Shown: positions 28,525 through 38,559 of the stretch, one piece after another | How the letters are laid out: each line of letters begins with the position of its first letter | How positions within the stretch are numbered: position 1 is the stretch's first letter | Assembly (NCBI GenBank): GCA_041657885.1 | Contig: JBBABB010000002.1 | Location: 121,095-185,094, forward strand | Length of the DNA: 64,000 bases | DNA from: Minisyncoccota bacterium | Lineage (GTDB): Bacteria > Patescibacteriota > Minisyncoccia > Phycocordibacterales > UBA9973 | Reading direction: 5' to 3' | The notes under the pieces: generated by a model | Database searches by the model: none | What the model saw: the letters and a program-made list of their open reading frames with translations, nothing else | Told to the model about the DNA's origin: nothing | Made by a program: the position numbers and the translations under genes

Positions 28525-30465
28525 ATGTATGTAGTAAAAAGATCAGAACATAATCCAATTCTTGTTCCTAATAAAAATCATTACTGGGAAGAGTTTGCAA
28601 CTTTTAATATGTGTCCAATAAAGAAAGGGAAAATAATTTATGGACTTTACAGGGCTATATCAGCAATAGATAAAATAGCCACACAACAACAAACTTCAAT
28701 TATTGGTATTGGTAAGAGTAAAGATGGAATTCATTTTGAAGAGCGCATGCCATTCATTTTCCCGCAAGAGCCATGGGAAGTACACGGATGTGAAGACCCA
28801 CGCGTAACTTACTTTGAAGGGAAATATTATATTTTCTACACTGCTTTGTCCGATTACCCTTTTACTGCAGAAAATATCAAAGTTGGAGTTGCTATATCAA
28901 AAGATTTAAGAAAAATTGACAAGCGTCGTTTAGTAACTCCTTTTAATGCGAAAGCCATGACACTTTTTCCAGAGCGAATAAATGGAAAGATAACTGTTAT
29001 TTTTTCAGCTCATACTGATATTCCTCCAGCAAAAGTTTCAATCGCACAATTTGATAGAATAGAACAATTGTGGGATAAGTCATTTTGGGAAGAATGGATG
29101 AAAAATATAGATAAACACACCGTGGATTTCCGTCGAAATCCGTATGACCATTTAGAAATTGGTGCACCTCCTATTAAAACTAAATATGGGTGGATACTTA
29201 TCTATTCACATATTCAAAATTATTTTCAATCACCAGAAAATTTAGACCGCATTTTTGGTATTGAAGTACTTCTCCTTGATATTAATGACCCGACAAAAAT
29301 TTGTGGTAGAACCAGGGGTCCCATTTTAACCCCAGGAGAATCTTATGAATTATCAGGATATGTTTCTAATGTTATTTTCCCATCAGGTGCCTTAGTGGAA
29401 AAAGATAAGTTGAGTATTTATTATGGAGCAGCTGATACCACCACCTGTGTGGCTTATGTTAGCTTAAAAGATTTAATTGGAAGTATGTATATTGAAACCT
29501 CAGATGATTGGAGATTTAAACGCGGGTTAACAAATCCAATAATAACTCCTAAGATAGAAAATGGATGGGAAGCAAAAGCAACTTTTAATCCGGCGGCAAT
29601 ATATCTTGAAGGGAAAATCCACATTTTATATCGGGCTCTTTCAAATGAGAATACTTCCTTTATTGGTTATGCGACTAGCCAGGATGGTTTTAGTATTTTA
29701 GAGAGATTTCCAACCCCTGTTTATATACCTCGGGAAGATTTTGAAATGAAAAAAATTTCAAACGGGAACTCTGGTTGTGAAGACCCTCGCATAACGCAAA
29801 TTGGGAAGAATCTTTACCTTTGTTATACAGCTTATGATAGTATAGGACCCCCAAGGGTCGCTATATCTTCTATTTCAATAAAGGATTTTCTTGCTCGAGA
29901 ATGGAACTGGAGTAAACCAGCACTCATCACACCACCTGGATTTGATGATAAAGATACTTGTATTTTCCCCGAGAAATTAAAAGATGGATATTTTGTTCTA
30001 CATAGAGTCGGGAATGAAATGTGTGGTGATTATTTAAGAACACTTGATTTTAATAATAACACCATTAAAAAATGTATTCGTATCATAGGACCCCGCATGA
30101 ATTCCTGGGATGGACTGAAGGTTGGTATTTCTGCTCCACCAATTAAAACGAAATATGGATGGCTGCTTCTTTATCATGGAGTTTCAAAAAGCCATAACAC
30201 TTATAGAATAGGGATTGTCCTTCTTAATCTTAAGGATCCAGCTATTGTGATAGCTCGTTCATCTGATGCCATTTTTGAACCAGAAGAACCGTATGAGAAA
30301 GTTGGTATTGTTAATAATGTTGTTTTTCCTTGCGGAATGATTTTGAAAGGGGACTTACTATATATTTATTACGGTGGAGGAGATAAAGTGGTAGGGGTGG
30401 CGACAATGAAGCTCTCAATAGTCCTCGGAGCACTCGTCCGTGGTTCTAAATTTAATAAAATCTAA
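28525..30465 (+). CDS. Tandem double GH130-domain protein
   Basis: Two successive propeller units each carrying the CEDPR motif (HGCEDPRVTYF and SGCEDPRITQI) and YYGGGD/YYGAAD C-terminal blocks. Confidence 0.6.
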   Translation: MYVVKRSEHNPILVPNKNHYWEEFATFNMCPIKKGKIIYGLYRAISAIDKIATQQQTSIIGIGKSKDGIHFEERMPFIFPQEPWEVHGCEDPRVTYFEGKYYIFYTALSDYPFTAENIKVGVAISKDLRKIDKRRLVTPFNAKAMTLFPERINGKITVIFSAHTDIPPAKVSIAQFDRIEQLWDKSFWEEWMKNIDKHTVDFRRNPYDHLEIGAPPIKTKYGWILIYSHIQNYFQSPENLDRIFGIEVLLLDINDPTKICGRTRGPILTPGESYELSGYVSNVIFPSGALVEKDKLSIYYGAADTTTCVAYVSLKDLIGSMYIETSDDWRFKRGLTNPIITPKIENGWEAKATFNPAAIYLEGKIHILYRALSNENTSFIGYATSQDGFSILERFPTPVYIPREDFEMKKISNGNSGCEDPRITQIGKNLYLCYTAYDSIGPPRVAISSISIKDFLAREWNWSKPALITPPGFDDKDTCIFPEKLKDGYFVLHRVGNEMCGDYLRTLDFNNNTIKKCIRIIGPRMNSWDGLKVGISAPPIKTKYGWLLLYHGVSKSHNTYRIGIVLLNLKDPAIVIARSSDAIFEPEEPYEKVGIVNNVVFPCGMILKGDLLYIYYGGGDKVVGVATMKLSIVLGALVRGSKFNKI

Positions 30466-30466
30466 C

Positions 30467-30494
30467 CCTAGATAGGGCTTTAGGCCCTATCTAG
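30467..30494. terminator. Perfect 12-bp-stem hairpin after the GH130 gene (member of a recurring agataggg...ccctatct palindrome family)
   Basis: cctagatagggc ttta gccctatctagg; a second hairpin agggcctgaaaagccct plus T-run at 30529-30552. Confidence 0.5.
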
Positions 30495-30563
30495 GAGGAG
30501 GTGCAATTTAGGGATTAATTTGATAGTATAAGTGAAGGGCCTGAAAAGCCCTTTATTTCATTT

Positions 30564-32336
30564 ATGGAGAAAGATTATTCAAATTTACATAGAGGCCTTG
30601 TCATTAAATGTTATTGGCAAGTTATGAGAAAATTCAAGTTTTCGTTTTTTACTGTTATATTGGGGTCTATTATTTTTTCAGGTATTGGTATTTATATTCC
30701 ATTACAATTTCTAAAACTTTGGAATGTACTAAGTACAAATAATTTTAATCTTGTTACACAAGCTCGAGGCGTTGTAGTAATTATTTTTGTATTAGGATTA
30801 GCAGGTTGGGTTGTCAAAAGAATTACTGAATTTGTTTTTGCATACTTCCAAGCAAACGTTATGGCTGGTTTACGTGCCCAAGCATTTTCATATATGATGG
30901 GGCACTCTCATTCTTTCTTCGCCAATAATTTTGGTGGTTCGCTCACCCAAAGAATAAATAAATATGCTAGAGCTTTTGAGAGATTAACAGATAAATTAGT
31001 TGGTGATGGAATTCCTCTCGTTGTCAAATCTATCGGAATTATAATTGCTATTTATACTCTTATCCCTAAATATGCTCTCATTTTATCTATTTTTTGTGTT
31101 GTATTTTTATTGACTGCTTTAATATATACACGATTAAAACTTAAATTTGATGTAATCGCAGCTCGTGCTGATACAAAAACGTATGGAGTTCTAGCTGATT
31201 CAATTGGTAATCATTCTTCTATTCAACTTTTTGCTGGGCATAATTATGAAAATGAGAAAGCAGAAGAAGTGATAAAAGATCAGAAAACAAAGACAGTTTT
31301 TAATTGGTACTTATGGAATGGGTTAGGAGCAATCGAAGGGCTTTATTCTACAGTAATTTATTTTATTGTTTTTTGGGTAGCTATTGGTGATTGGAAGCTT
31401 GGACTTATTGGGTTACCAGTTATGGTTTTGATACAAGGATATTTAGCTGGTTTGATAGAAAGCCTTTGGAGTTTCGCTGGGTTAGTTCGTGCTTTTTATG
31501 ATGGCTTTGCTGATGCCCAAGAAATGGCGCTTATCCTTGATACTCCGTACGGAGTAAAAGATAAAGTTACAAAGATTTTAGAAAATACAAAAGGGGAAGT
31601 TGTTTTTGACAATGTCACTTACATTTATGAAAAAAATAAAACCAAAGTATTTGATGATTTTTCACTTACAATACCAAGAGGACAAAAGATTGCAGTTGTC
31701 GGTTCATCTGGAGCAGGGAAGTCAACATTTGTGAATTTACTGATGAGATTATTTAATTTAACTTCCGGTAGAATTTTAATTGATGGTATAGACATAAGTT
31801 CAGTTTCTCAAAATAACTTACGTGAGCAAATTGGTTTTGTTCCCCAAGACCCAGTTTTATTTCACAGGACATTGATGGAGAATATTCGTTATGGTAAACG
31901 TAGTGCAACTGACGAAGAAGTAAAAAATGCGGCAAATTTAGCTCATTGTGATGATTTTATTGGTAGATTACCTCTTGGGTATGATACATTTGTTGGCGAA
32001 CGTGGAATCAAACTCTCAGGAGGAGAACGTCAGCGTGTAGCAATTGCTCGTGCAATTCTCAAAGATGCAACAATATTAGTGCTTGATGAAGCAACATCAG
32101 CTCTTGATTCAGAATCAGAGATGCTTATTCAAGATGCGCTTCGTAATCTAATTAAAAACAAAACGACAATCGTGATTGCACATCGGCTTTCGACAGTTCG
32201 TGTGATGGATAGAATTATTGTTATTGAGAATGGGAAAATTATTGAGGATGATACACATGAACAATTAATAAATAAAGATGAAGGTGTCTACAAAAAACTC
32301 TGGGATTTACAAGCCGGAGGATTTACTATAAATTAA
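30564..32336 (+). CDS. ABC exporter, fused permease and ATPase (MsbA-like)
   Basis: Six N-terminal TM helices; Walker A GSSGAGKST, ABC signature LSGGERQRVAIARA, Walker B ILVLDEATSALD. Confidence 0.85.
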   Translation: MEKDYSNLHRGLVIKCYWQVMRKFKFSFFTVILGSIIFSGIGIYIPLQFLKLWNVLSTNNFNLVTQARGVVVIIFVLGLAGWVVKRITEFVFAYFQANVMAGLRAQAFSYMMGHSHSFFANNFGGSLTQRINKYARAFERLTDKLVGDGIPLVVKSIGIIIAIYTLIPKYALILSIFCVVFLLTALIYTRLKLKFDVIAARADTKTYGVLADSIGNHSSIQLFAGHNYENEKAEEVIKDQKTKTVFNWYLWNGLGAIEGLYSTVIYFIVFWVAIGDWKLGLIGLPVMVLIQGYLAGLIESLWSFAGLVRAFYDGFADAQEMALILDTPYGVKDKVTKILENTKGEVVFDNVTYIYEKNKTKVFDDFSLTIPRGQKIAVVGSSGAGKSTFVNLLMRLFNLTSGRILIDGIDISSVSQNNLREQIGFVPQDPVLFHRTLMENIRYGKRSATDEEVKNAANLAHCDDFIGRLPLGYDTFVGERGIKLSGGERQRVAIARAILKDATILVLDEATSALDSESEMLIQDALRNLIKNKTTIVIAHRLSTVRVMDRIIVIENGKIIEDDTHEQLINKDEGVYKKLWDLQAGGFTIN

Positions 32337-32393
32337 TTCCAGATAGAGGCTTGGACTTTATCTAGAGTTTAAATCTCTATTTGGGAGTGCAAT

Positions 32394-33320
32394 TTATAAA
32401 GTTATTTCTTTATTTTTATTTATAGATTTAAAAAAGAAATAACCAAATATAAGGAAAGTAATAAGTGGTGATATATAATATGGTATTTCTATTCCAAAAG
32501 AATCACAAAGCATTATTAGTCCAAGAACAAATATAGAATACATTGCTCCATTTTTTAGATAAATATATTTCTTTATTCTTTCTATATTACTTACTGTAAG
32601 TTTTCTGAGAACAAAGGCTCCAAGACCGTTGCCGAGGATAATAAGTGGGACAGATAAGGTGAAAGCAAAAGCTCCGAGTACTCCGTCTACGGAAAAAGTT
32701 GCGTCAATTATTTCAAGATAGAAAATTTTACTCAAATCATTCATTTTATTTTCACTTGAGAGTAATTTTTTTTCTCCTCTTTCCGCATTTTCTTTAAATC
32801 CATGAGTTATGAAAAATGCAGTTGATCCTACTACCGCTGAAAATGCGAGCATTGGGTTTATTTTTAATGAAAACCAAACAACCAAAGCGAGTATTATGGA
32901 GACAATTGCAAAAAACCAAACTCCGTGGTTGAAGAAGAATTTTTCATGGCGCAGGCCAAAGTTTTTTGTTTCAAGAAATAACCAGTGAAAGAATAAGAAT
33001 ATTAAAAATATTCCTCCTCCAAGAAGTAAAATAGGGGAAGCGCTTTCAATAGCAGTGTGAACACTTGGGTCGTTTGAAAATGTTGCTGTTAATGCTCCTA
33101 TGGGGCCAAGAGATGGCATTGCAACCCAAACTATAACCCATGGCAAAAGTCCACGTATCATGAAAACAGCAAAAAGAAACCCCCAAAAAAGAAACCACTT
33201 ACGAGCACGTCTGCTCATTGTTCCTAATACTTCGGCATTTATGACAGCGTTGTCTATACTTGAAATTATTTCAAAAAGACAAAGACCTAAAACTGTAATT
33301 ATTAGTGTTCCAATTTGCAT
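32394..33320 (-). CDS. TerC-family (DUF475-type) integral membrane protein
   Basis: Duplicated motifs ISSIDNAVINAEVL and IIDATFSVDGVLGAFAFT resemble the TerC SIDNA repeats. Confidence 0.6.
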   Translation of the reverse strand: MQIGTLIITVLGLCLFEIISSIDNAVINAEVLGTMSRRARKWFLFWGFLFAVFMIRGLLPWVIVWVAMPSLGPIGALTATFSNDPSVHTAIESASPILLLGGGIFLIFLFFHWLFLETKNFGLRHEKFFFNHGVWFFAIVSIILALVVWFSLKINPMLAFSAVVGSTAFFITHGFKENAERGEKKLLSSENKMNDLSKIFYLEIIDATFSVDGVLGAFAFTLSVPLIILGNGLGAFVLRKLTVSNIERIKKYIYLKNGAMYSIFVLGLIMLCDSFGIEIPYYISPLITFLIFGYFFFKSINKNKEITL

Positions 33321-33406
33321 ATTTTACTATTATACATATTTTAATGAATATATAGAAATTATATCTTTGTATAAGTCTTTTTTCATAGGTCAGACCTGCA
33401 CAAGAC

Positions 33407-33448
33407 CACCTTACATTTAAGAAACGGCCGTTTCTTAAATGTAAGGTG
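33407..33448. promoter_or_regulatory. Perfect 42-bp palindrome in the divergent promoter region between terC-like and paralog 2
   Basis: caccttacatttaagaaacg gc cgtttcttaaatgtaaggtg: 20-bp arms that are exact reverse complements. Confidence 0.8.
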
Positions 33449-33492
33449 CATCTAATTGGACAAAATTAATATTTGAGCTACAATTTAATCAT

Positions 33493-35211
33493 ATGAAAAG
33501 TGAAGCAAAAAATTGTCAGAATTGTAAAAAAGACTTTGTTATCGAGCCGGATGATTTTTCATTTTATGAAAAAATAAAAGTTCCACCGCCAACTTTTTGC
33601 CCGGAGTGTCGGGGGATGAGAAGAATGGTGTGGAGGAATGAGAGAATTTTTTATCATAGGACATGCAATCTTTGTGGGATAAAGGTAATTTCGGTATTCG
33701 GGAATAAAGATATTAAGGTGTATTGTCAGAAATGTTGGTGGGGAGATGGCTGGGATGGATTAGAGTACGAGCAAGATTATGATTTCTCAAAGAGTTTTTT
33801 TGAGCAATATAAAAATCTATTTAGAAACGTTCCACAGATTAATTTAAATGGTCACGCAACAAACAAAAATTCAGATTACGTTAATTATATAGTTCAAGCG
33901 AATAATTCTTATTATTGTTTTGGGGGAGGATACTTGGATAATATTATGTTTTCTACTGTTGGAGTTAGAATGAAAGATTCAGCAGAAATATATTTTTCAA
34001 TGGATTGTGAGTTTTGTTATGAAATACTAAATTGCCAAAAATGTTATAGAATTTATTATGGGAATAATTTGAGAGATTGTCTCGATAGTTATTTTTTACA
34101 AGATTGCGTGAATTGCAATGAATGTATATTGTCGTGTAACTTGCGCAACAAACAATATGTGTTTAGAAATGAACAATTGACGAGAGAAGAGTATTTGATG
34201 AAAAAAGAGGAATTTTTAATTCTGTTTAGAAAAGATGTTTCATTGTTAAAAAATGAATTTAAAAAAATAGTATTAGAAAAACCAAAAAAGTTTGCAAATA
34301 TATTGAAATCAGAATTTTCAACAGGAGATAATATAACCGAAAGTTCAAAAGTTTATGATTCTTTTAATGTTTCAAAAACTGAAAATTGTAAATACTCTCA
34401 AGATATAGTCGGCGTGGCCCATGATGTTTACGACAGTACTAGTATCGGCCTGGGATTAGAACGAGTGTATGAATCAATGTCAGTAAGCATGAATATAACA
34501 GATGTGAATTTTTCAGTAATAGTAAGAAGTGCATCATATAAATTAAATTATTCTTTTTCTATGCATGCATCTTCTAATTGTTTCGGTTGTGTAGGATTAA
34601 AAAGTAAATCTTATTGCATCCTCAACCGCCAATACACCAAAGAAGAATACGAAGAATTAGTTCCAAAGATCATCCAGCATATGAACGATATGCCCTACAT
34701 AGATAGCAAAGGAAGAATATACAAATATGGAGAGTTTTTTCCAAGTGAACTATCACCATTCTGTTACAACGAGACAATCGCCCAAGAGTATTTTCCTTTG
34801 ACTAAAGAACAAGCTCTACAACAAGGTTACAAATGGAAGGAGAAAGAAGAAAGAAACTACCAAATAGACATTAAAAATGAAGATATCCCTGATAATATTA
34901 AAGATATAACTGATGATATCATCGGTAAAGTCATAGAATGCTCTCACAAAGGCACCTGTAACCAACAATGTACCGAAGCCTTCAAGATAATCCCCGAAGA
35001 ACTCCAATTCTACCGTCGTATGAACCTTCCATTACCAAGACTTTGTCCCAACTGTCGGCACTATGAACGTCTAGCTCAACGTAATCCTATGAAATTATGG
35101 CATAGGAAGTGTATGCATGAGGGTTGTACCAATGAATTTGAGACGAATTATGCCCCAGAGAGACCCGAAATCATTTATTGTGAGAAATGTTATCAAAAAG
35201 AGGTGTATTAA
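33493..35211 (+). CDS. Cysteine-rich paralog 2 of 5
   Basis: Same architecture as 12953; N-terminus CQNCKKDFVIEPDDFSFYEKIKVPPPTFCPECR, C-terminus ...NYAPERPEIIYCEKCYQKEVY. Confidence 0.75.
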   Translation: MKSEAKNCQNCKKDFVIEPDDFSFYEKIKVPPPTFCPECRGMRRMVWRNERIFYHRTCNLCGIKVISVFGNKDIKVYCQKCWWGDGWDGLEYEQDYDFSKSFFEQYKNLFRNVPQINLNGHATNKNSDYVNYIVQANNSYYCFGGGYLDNIMFSTVGVRMKDSAEIYFSMDCEFCYEILNCQKCYRIYYGNNLRDCLDSYFLQDCVNCNECILSCNLRNKQYVFRNEQLTREEYLMKKEEFLILFRKDVSLLKNEFKKIVLEKPKKFANILKSEFSTGDNITESSKVYDSFNVSKTENCKYSQDIVGVAHDVYDSTSIGLGLERVYESMSVSMNITDVNFSVIVRSASYKLNYSFSMHASSNCFGCVGLKSKSYCILNRQYTKEEYEELVPKIIQHMNDMPYIDSKGRIYKYGEFFPSELSPFCYNETIAQEYFPLTKEQALQQGYKWKEKEERNYQIDIKNEDIPDNIKDITDDIIGKVIECSHKGTCNQQCTEAFKIIPEELQFYRRMNLPLPRLCPNCRHYERLAQRNPMKLWHRKCMHEGCTNEFETNYAPERPEIIYCEKCYQKEVY

Positions 35212-35410
35212 AATTCTCCTCTTGAGGTGAAGTTGGGTTGGGACCCAACTGTAAAACCTTTTGAGATATCTTTGTAATCAAAGTATCCAAAAGGTGTACT
35301 GCTCCTGTAAGGAGTACCCGCTAATGCGGGGGAGGTGGATGAATTTAATTCTGGATTAATTCATCCACCCCGTCTTTTGAGTACAAAATTCACCCCTCAA
35401 GAGGGGAATA
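35212..35410 (+). ncRNA. Conserved ~190-nt structured element, copy A (candidate ncRNA or 3'UTR element), directly after the paralog 2 stop
   Basis: About 93% identical to 45605-45792. Predicted closing helix cctcttgagg/cctcaagagg, hairpins agttggg..cccaact, ccttttg..caaaagg, cccgc taat gcggg, ggtggat..atccacc; the differences from copy B include compensatory pairs. Confidence 0.5.
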
Positions 35411-35499
35411 AATTTTGATCCAAAAATATGCTACCGCAGAACGATTATTTAGGGGACTTTTCAAAAAATATTGACTAATATCAAGCATCTTTTTATAAT

Positions 35500-35560
35500 A
35501 GCCATTTTTCTAGATATCCACTTGTTTTAAATTTTACAATAGGGGTATAATGTAATCCCA
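35500..35560 (+). promoter_or_regulatory. Putative sigma70-like promoter for the RNR gene
   Basis: The -10-like element ggggtataatgt about 45 nt upstream of ATG 35600, in an AT-rich intergenic region; positions approximate. Confidence 0.25.
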
Positions 35561-35599
35561 AAGTATTTTGTGTTAAATTATTAACTAATTTTTTAAAAT

Positions 35600-37975
35600 A
35601 TGCCTTCAAAAAAGAAAGTATCCAGCGTGAAAAAAAATGTGAAAAGGGTCGTCACAAAAAATTCTCCAGTTGCAGAAACAAAAAAATCAATTAAGAATAT
35701 TTTTATTAAAAGCGTTCAAAAAAGGGATGGTACAATCGTTCCTTTTGATATAGAAAAAGTAACGAATGCTATTAATAAAGCTATGCTTTCAAGTGGTGAA
35801 GGTTCTTCAAAAGAAGCGGAGCTTGTTGCCAATGGTGTTTTGATGGAATTAGTTAAAATTGCTAAAAAACACAAGAATTTTATTCCATCTGTTGAAGGAA
35901 TTCAGGATACAGTTGAACAAGAATTAATGTTGTCTGATTATGTGAAAACTTCTAAGCATTACATTCTTTATCGTGAAGAAAGAGCAAGACTAAGAGCTCA
36001 TAGCATAACTGTTCCAGTCCATTTGAAAAAGTTAGCAGATGAAAGCAAAAAATATTTTAGAACTTCCCTTGGTGAATTTGTTTATTACCGAAGTTATTCG
36101 AAGTGGATTAAAGAAGAGGGTAGACGTGAGACATGGATTGAGACAGTTAACCGTTATATGGATTTCATGAAAAAAAATCTTGGCAACAAATTAAAAGCAC
36201 ATGAGTATGATGAGGTTAGAGATTACATTTTGAAAAACAAAGCAATGCCTTCTATGAGATTGTTGCAATTTGCCGGTCGTGCTGCAGAAGCGACAAATGT
36301 TTGTGCATATAATTGCTCATTTATTGCACCTGAGAGTTTCCAAGACATTGCAGAGATAATGTACATATCAATGTGTGGCACTGGTGCTGGTTGGTCAGTG
36401 GAAAGTGAAAATGTTCAAAAGCTTCCACAAATAAAAGTTCAAACAGGCCAGAAACTCGCGACTCATATTATAGATGATAGTAAAGAGGGTTGGGCAGATG
36501 CATTTTCTCTTGGTATAAGCACTTGGGCAGATGGGAAAGATATTGATTTTGATTTTTCAAAACTTCGTCCAGCTGGAGCTCGTCTTATGACCATGGGGGG
36601 CAAAAGTTCAGGACCTGACCCATTACGTAAACTTCTCGGATTTACCCGCAAGAAAATATTTACGAAGCAAGGACGTCGTCTCTCAAATCTAGATGTTCAC
36701 GATATTATTTGTATGGTGGGGGATTGTGTTGTTTCTGGTGGAGTTAGAAGGAGTGCCATGATTTCACTTTCCGATTTAGATGATAATGATATAAGAGATT
36801 CTAAAAAAGGTCAATTTTACCTTACAGATCCTCATAGATCTCTGGCTAACAACTCAGCTGTCTATATGCGAAAACCTCCAGCAACGCAGTTTTTAGATGA
36901 ATGGATTTCATTAATGAAGTCAGGTTCTGGGGAAAGAGGAATATTTAATCGTGGATCACTTGCTAAAACTTTACCAAAACGCCGAATTGATTATTTAAAA
37001 GAAGAAGGATATTTTGATGCATCTGGAGAAAATATTATAGGAATTCTTGGAACAAATCCGTGTGGAGAAATAATTTTGCGCTCAAAACAATTTTGTAATT
37101 TATCAGAAGTTATTTGTAGAGAGGATGACACAAAAGAAAGTTTATTAGAAAAAGTCAGAATAGCAACAATTTTGGGGACTTATCAATCAACTTTAACCAA
37201 TTTCCCATATCTTTCAAAAGCATGGGCAAATAATTGTGCTGCCGAAAGATTGCTTGGGGTATCTCTCACTGGTCAATGGGATAATAAAATTGTTCGTAAT
37301 GCGGAAGTTTTGAAAATATTGAAGAATGAAGCGATAAGAGTAAATAAAGTTTATGCTAAGCGTTTTGAAATTAATACTTCTAATGCTATCACTTGTGTAA
37401 AGCCATCAGGAACAGTTTCTAAAACATTTGATACTGGTTCTGGAATGCACCCAAGACACGCTCCTTACTATATACAACGCATTCGTATTTCTTCAACCGA
37501 TTCATTATTTAAAATGTTGAAAGACCAAGGAGTACCTTATCATCCAGAAGTTGGTCAATCAATGGAAGATGCAAATACTTATGTTCTTGAATTTCCAATG
37601 AAGTCACCCGTCGGGTCAATTTTCAAAGACGACATTTCTTCTATTGAACAATTGGAACATTGGAAATTGGTAAAAGAAAATTATACCGAACATAATCCAT
37701 CTGTGACTATTTCTGTCGGAGATGATGAATGGCTTAAAGTTGCTCATTGGGTTTATGAGAATTGGGATATTGTTGGAGGGTTGTCATTCTTGCCAAGATC
37801 AAATCATGTTTACCAACTTGCACCTTATGAAGAAATAACTAGAGAACAATATGAAACTTTGATGAAGAAATTTCCAACGATTGATTATTCAAAAATTATT
37901 ACTTATGAAAAAGTAGATGAAACTGAAGTAAAAAGAGAACTCGCTTGTATTTCTGGAGTTTGTGATATAGTGTAA
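35600..37975 (+). CDS. Ribonucleotide reductase catalytic subunit with N-terminal ATP-cone; NPCGE active-site motif suggests class II (adenosylcobalamin-dependent, NrdJ-like)
   Basis: ATP-cone VQKRDGTIVPFDIEKVTNAI; active-site GTNPCGEIIL; C-terminal redox pair CISGVC; no small-subunit gene nearby. Confidence 0.7.
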   Translation: MPSKKKVSSVKKNVKRVVTKNSPVAETKKSIKNIFIKSVQKRDGTIVPFDIEKVTNAINKAMLSSGEGSSKEAELVANGVLMELVKIAKKHKNFIPSVEGIQDTVEQELMLSDYVKTSKHYILYREERARLRAHSITVPVHLKKLADESKKYFRTSLGEFVYYRSYSKWIKEEGRRETWIETVNRYMDFMKKNLGNKLKAHEYDEVRDYILKNKAMPSMRLLQFAGRAAEATNVCAYNCSFIAPESFQDIAEIMYISMCGTGAGWSVESENVQKLPQIKVQTGQKLATHIIDDSKEGWADAFSLGISTWADGKDIDFDFSKLRPAGARLMTMGGKSSGPDPLRKLLGFTRKKIFTKQGRRLSNLDVHDIICMVGDCVVSGGVRRSAMISLSDLDDNDIRDSKKGQFYLTDPHRSLANNSAVYMRKPPATQFLDEWISLMKSGSGERGIFNRGSLAKTLPKRRIDYLKEEGYFDASGENIIGILGTNPCGEIILRSKQFCNLSEVICREDDTKESLLEKVRIATILGTYQSTLTNFPYLSKAWANNCAAERLLGVSLTGQWDNKIVRNAEVLKILKNEAIRVNKVYAKRFEINTSNAITCVKPSGTVSKTFDTGSGMHPRHAPYYIQRIRISSTDSLFKMLKDQGVPYHPEVGQSMEDANTYVLEFPMKSPVGSIFKDDISSIEQLEHWKLVKENYTEHNPSVTISVGDDEWLKVAHWVYENWDIVGGLSFLPRSNHVYQLAPYEEITREQYETLMKKFPTIDYSKIITYEKVDETEVKRELACISGVCDIV

Positions 37976-38007
37976 AATAATTAAAAATTAAGAATTAAAA
38001 ATTAATA

Positions 38008-38532
38008 ATGAGAAACGGAATCAAATATGTTATTGCTTTTTTAGTTGTGTTAGTTATCAGACTGATGCCTTTTCGAGCACCAAATGTGGAGCCAATCATG
38101 GCAGTGATTATGCCATTCGGAAAAGTTTACGGAGGAATTATGGCTTTTATATTTGGGTTCCTTAGTATTGTTTTGTTTGACTCTGTAACGTCTGGCATAG
38201 GTATCTGGACCCTTGTCACCGCTCTTGCTTACGGTTTTGTGGGGTTAGGAGCTTATTTTTACTTCAAAAATCGCTCAGGATGGAAAAGTTATGCTTCTTA
38301 TGCAATTATAGCCACAATTCTATATGACGTATTGACTGGTCTTACTATTGGTCCATTGTTTTTCCACCAGTCATTCATGGTATCATTAGTAGGTCAGGTT
38401 CCGTTTACTGCTATGCACTTGCTTGGAAATGTTTCTTTTGCTATAGTTCTATCACCAGTAATTGAAAGATGGATAGTAAAAGAAAATATTTCAGAATCAA
38501 AAATAATGACAAGAGAGATAGTCAAGGTTTAG
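38008..38532 (+). CDS. Small polytopic membrane protein, possibly an ECF-transporter S-component-like vitamin transporter
   Basis: 174 aa, 5-6 TM helices, size and topology like ECF S components; no diagnostic motif. Confidence 0.3.
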   Translation: MRNGIKYVIAFLVVLVIRLMPFRAPNVEPIMAVIMPFGKVYGGIMAFIFGFLSIVLFDSVTSGIGIWTLVTALAYGFVGLGAYFYFKNRSGWKSYASYAIIATILYDVLTGLTIGPLFFHQSFMVSLVGQVPFTAMHLLGNVSFAIVLSPVIERWIVKENISESKIMTREIVKV

Positions 38533-38559
38533 TTTATTTAACAATCGAATACCTATTAT

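Noticed and set aside
35212-35410. IS200/IS605 omega-RNA (TnpB guide RNA) interpretation of the 190-nt element
   Set aside because: The upstream protein has no RuvC-like D/E/D catalytic motifs (no GIDLG-type motif); it is the Cys-rich paralog, and there are no transposon ends
35421-35599. NrdR boxes upstream of the RNR gene
   Set aside because: No tandem 16-bp acaCwAtATaTwGtgt-like palindromes could be identified by eye, and no nrdR gene is in the window
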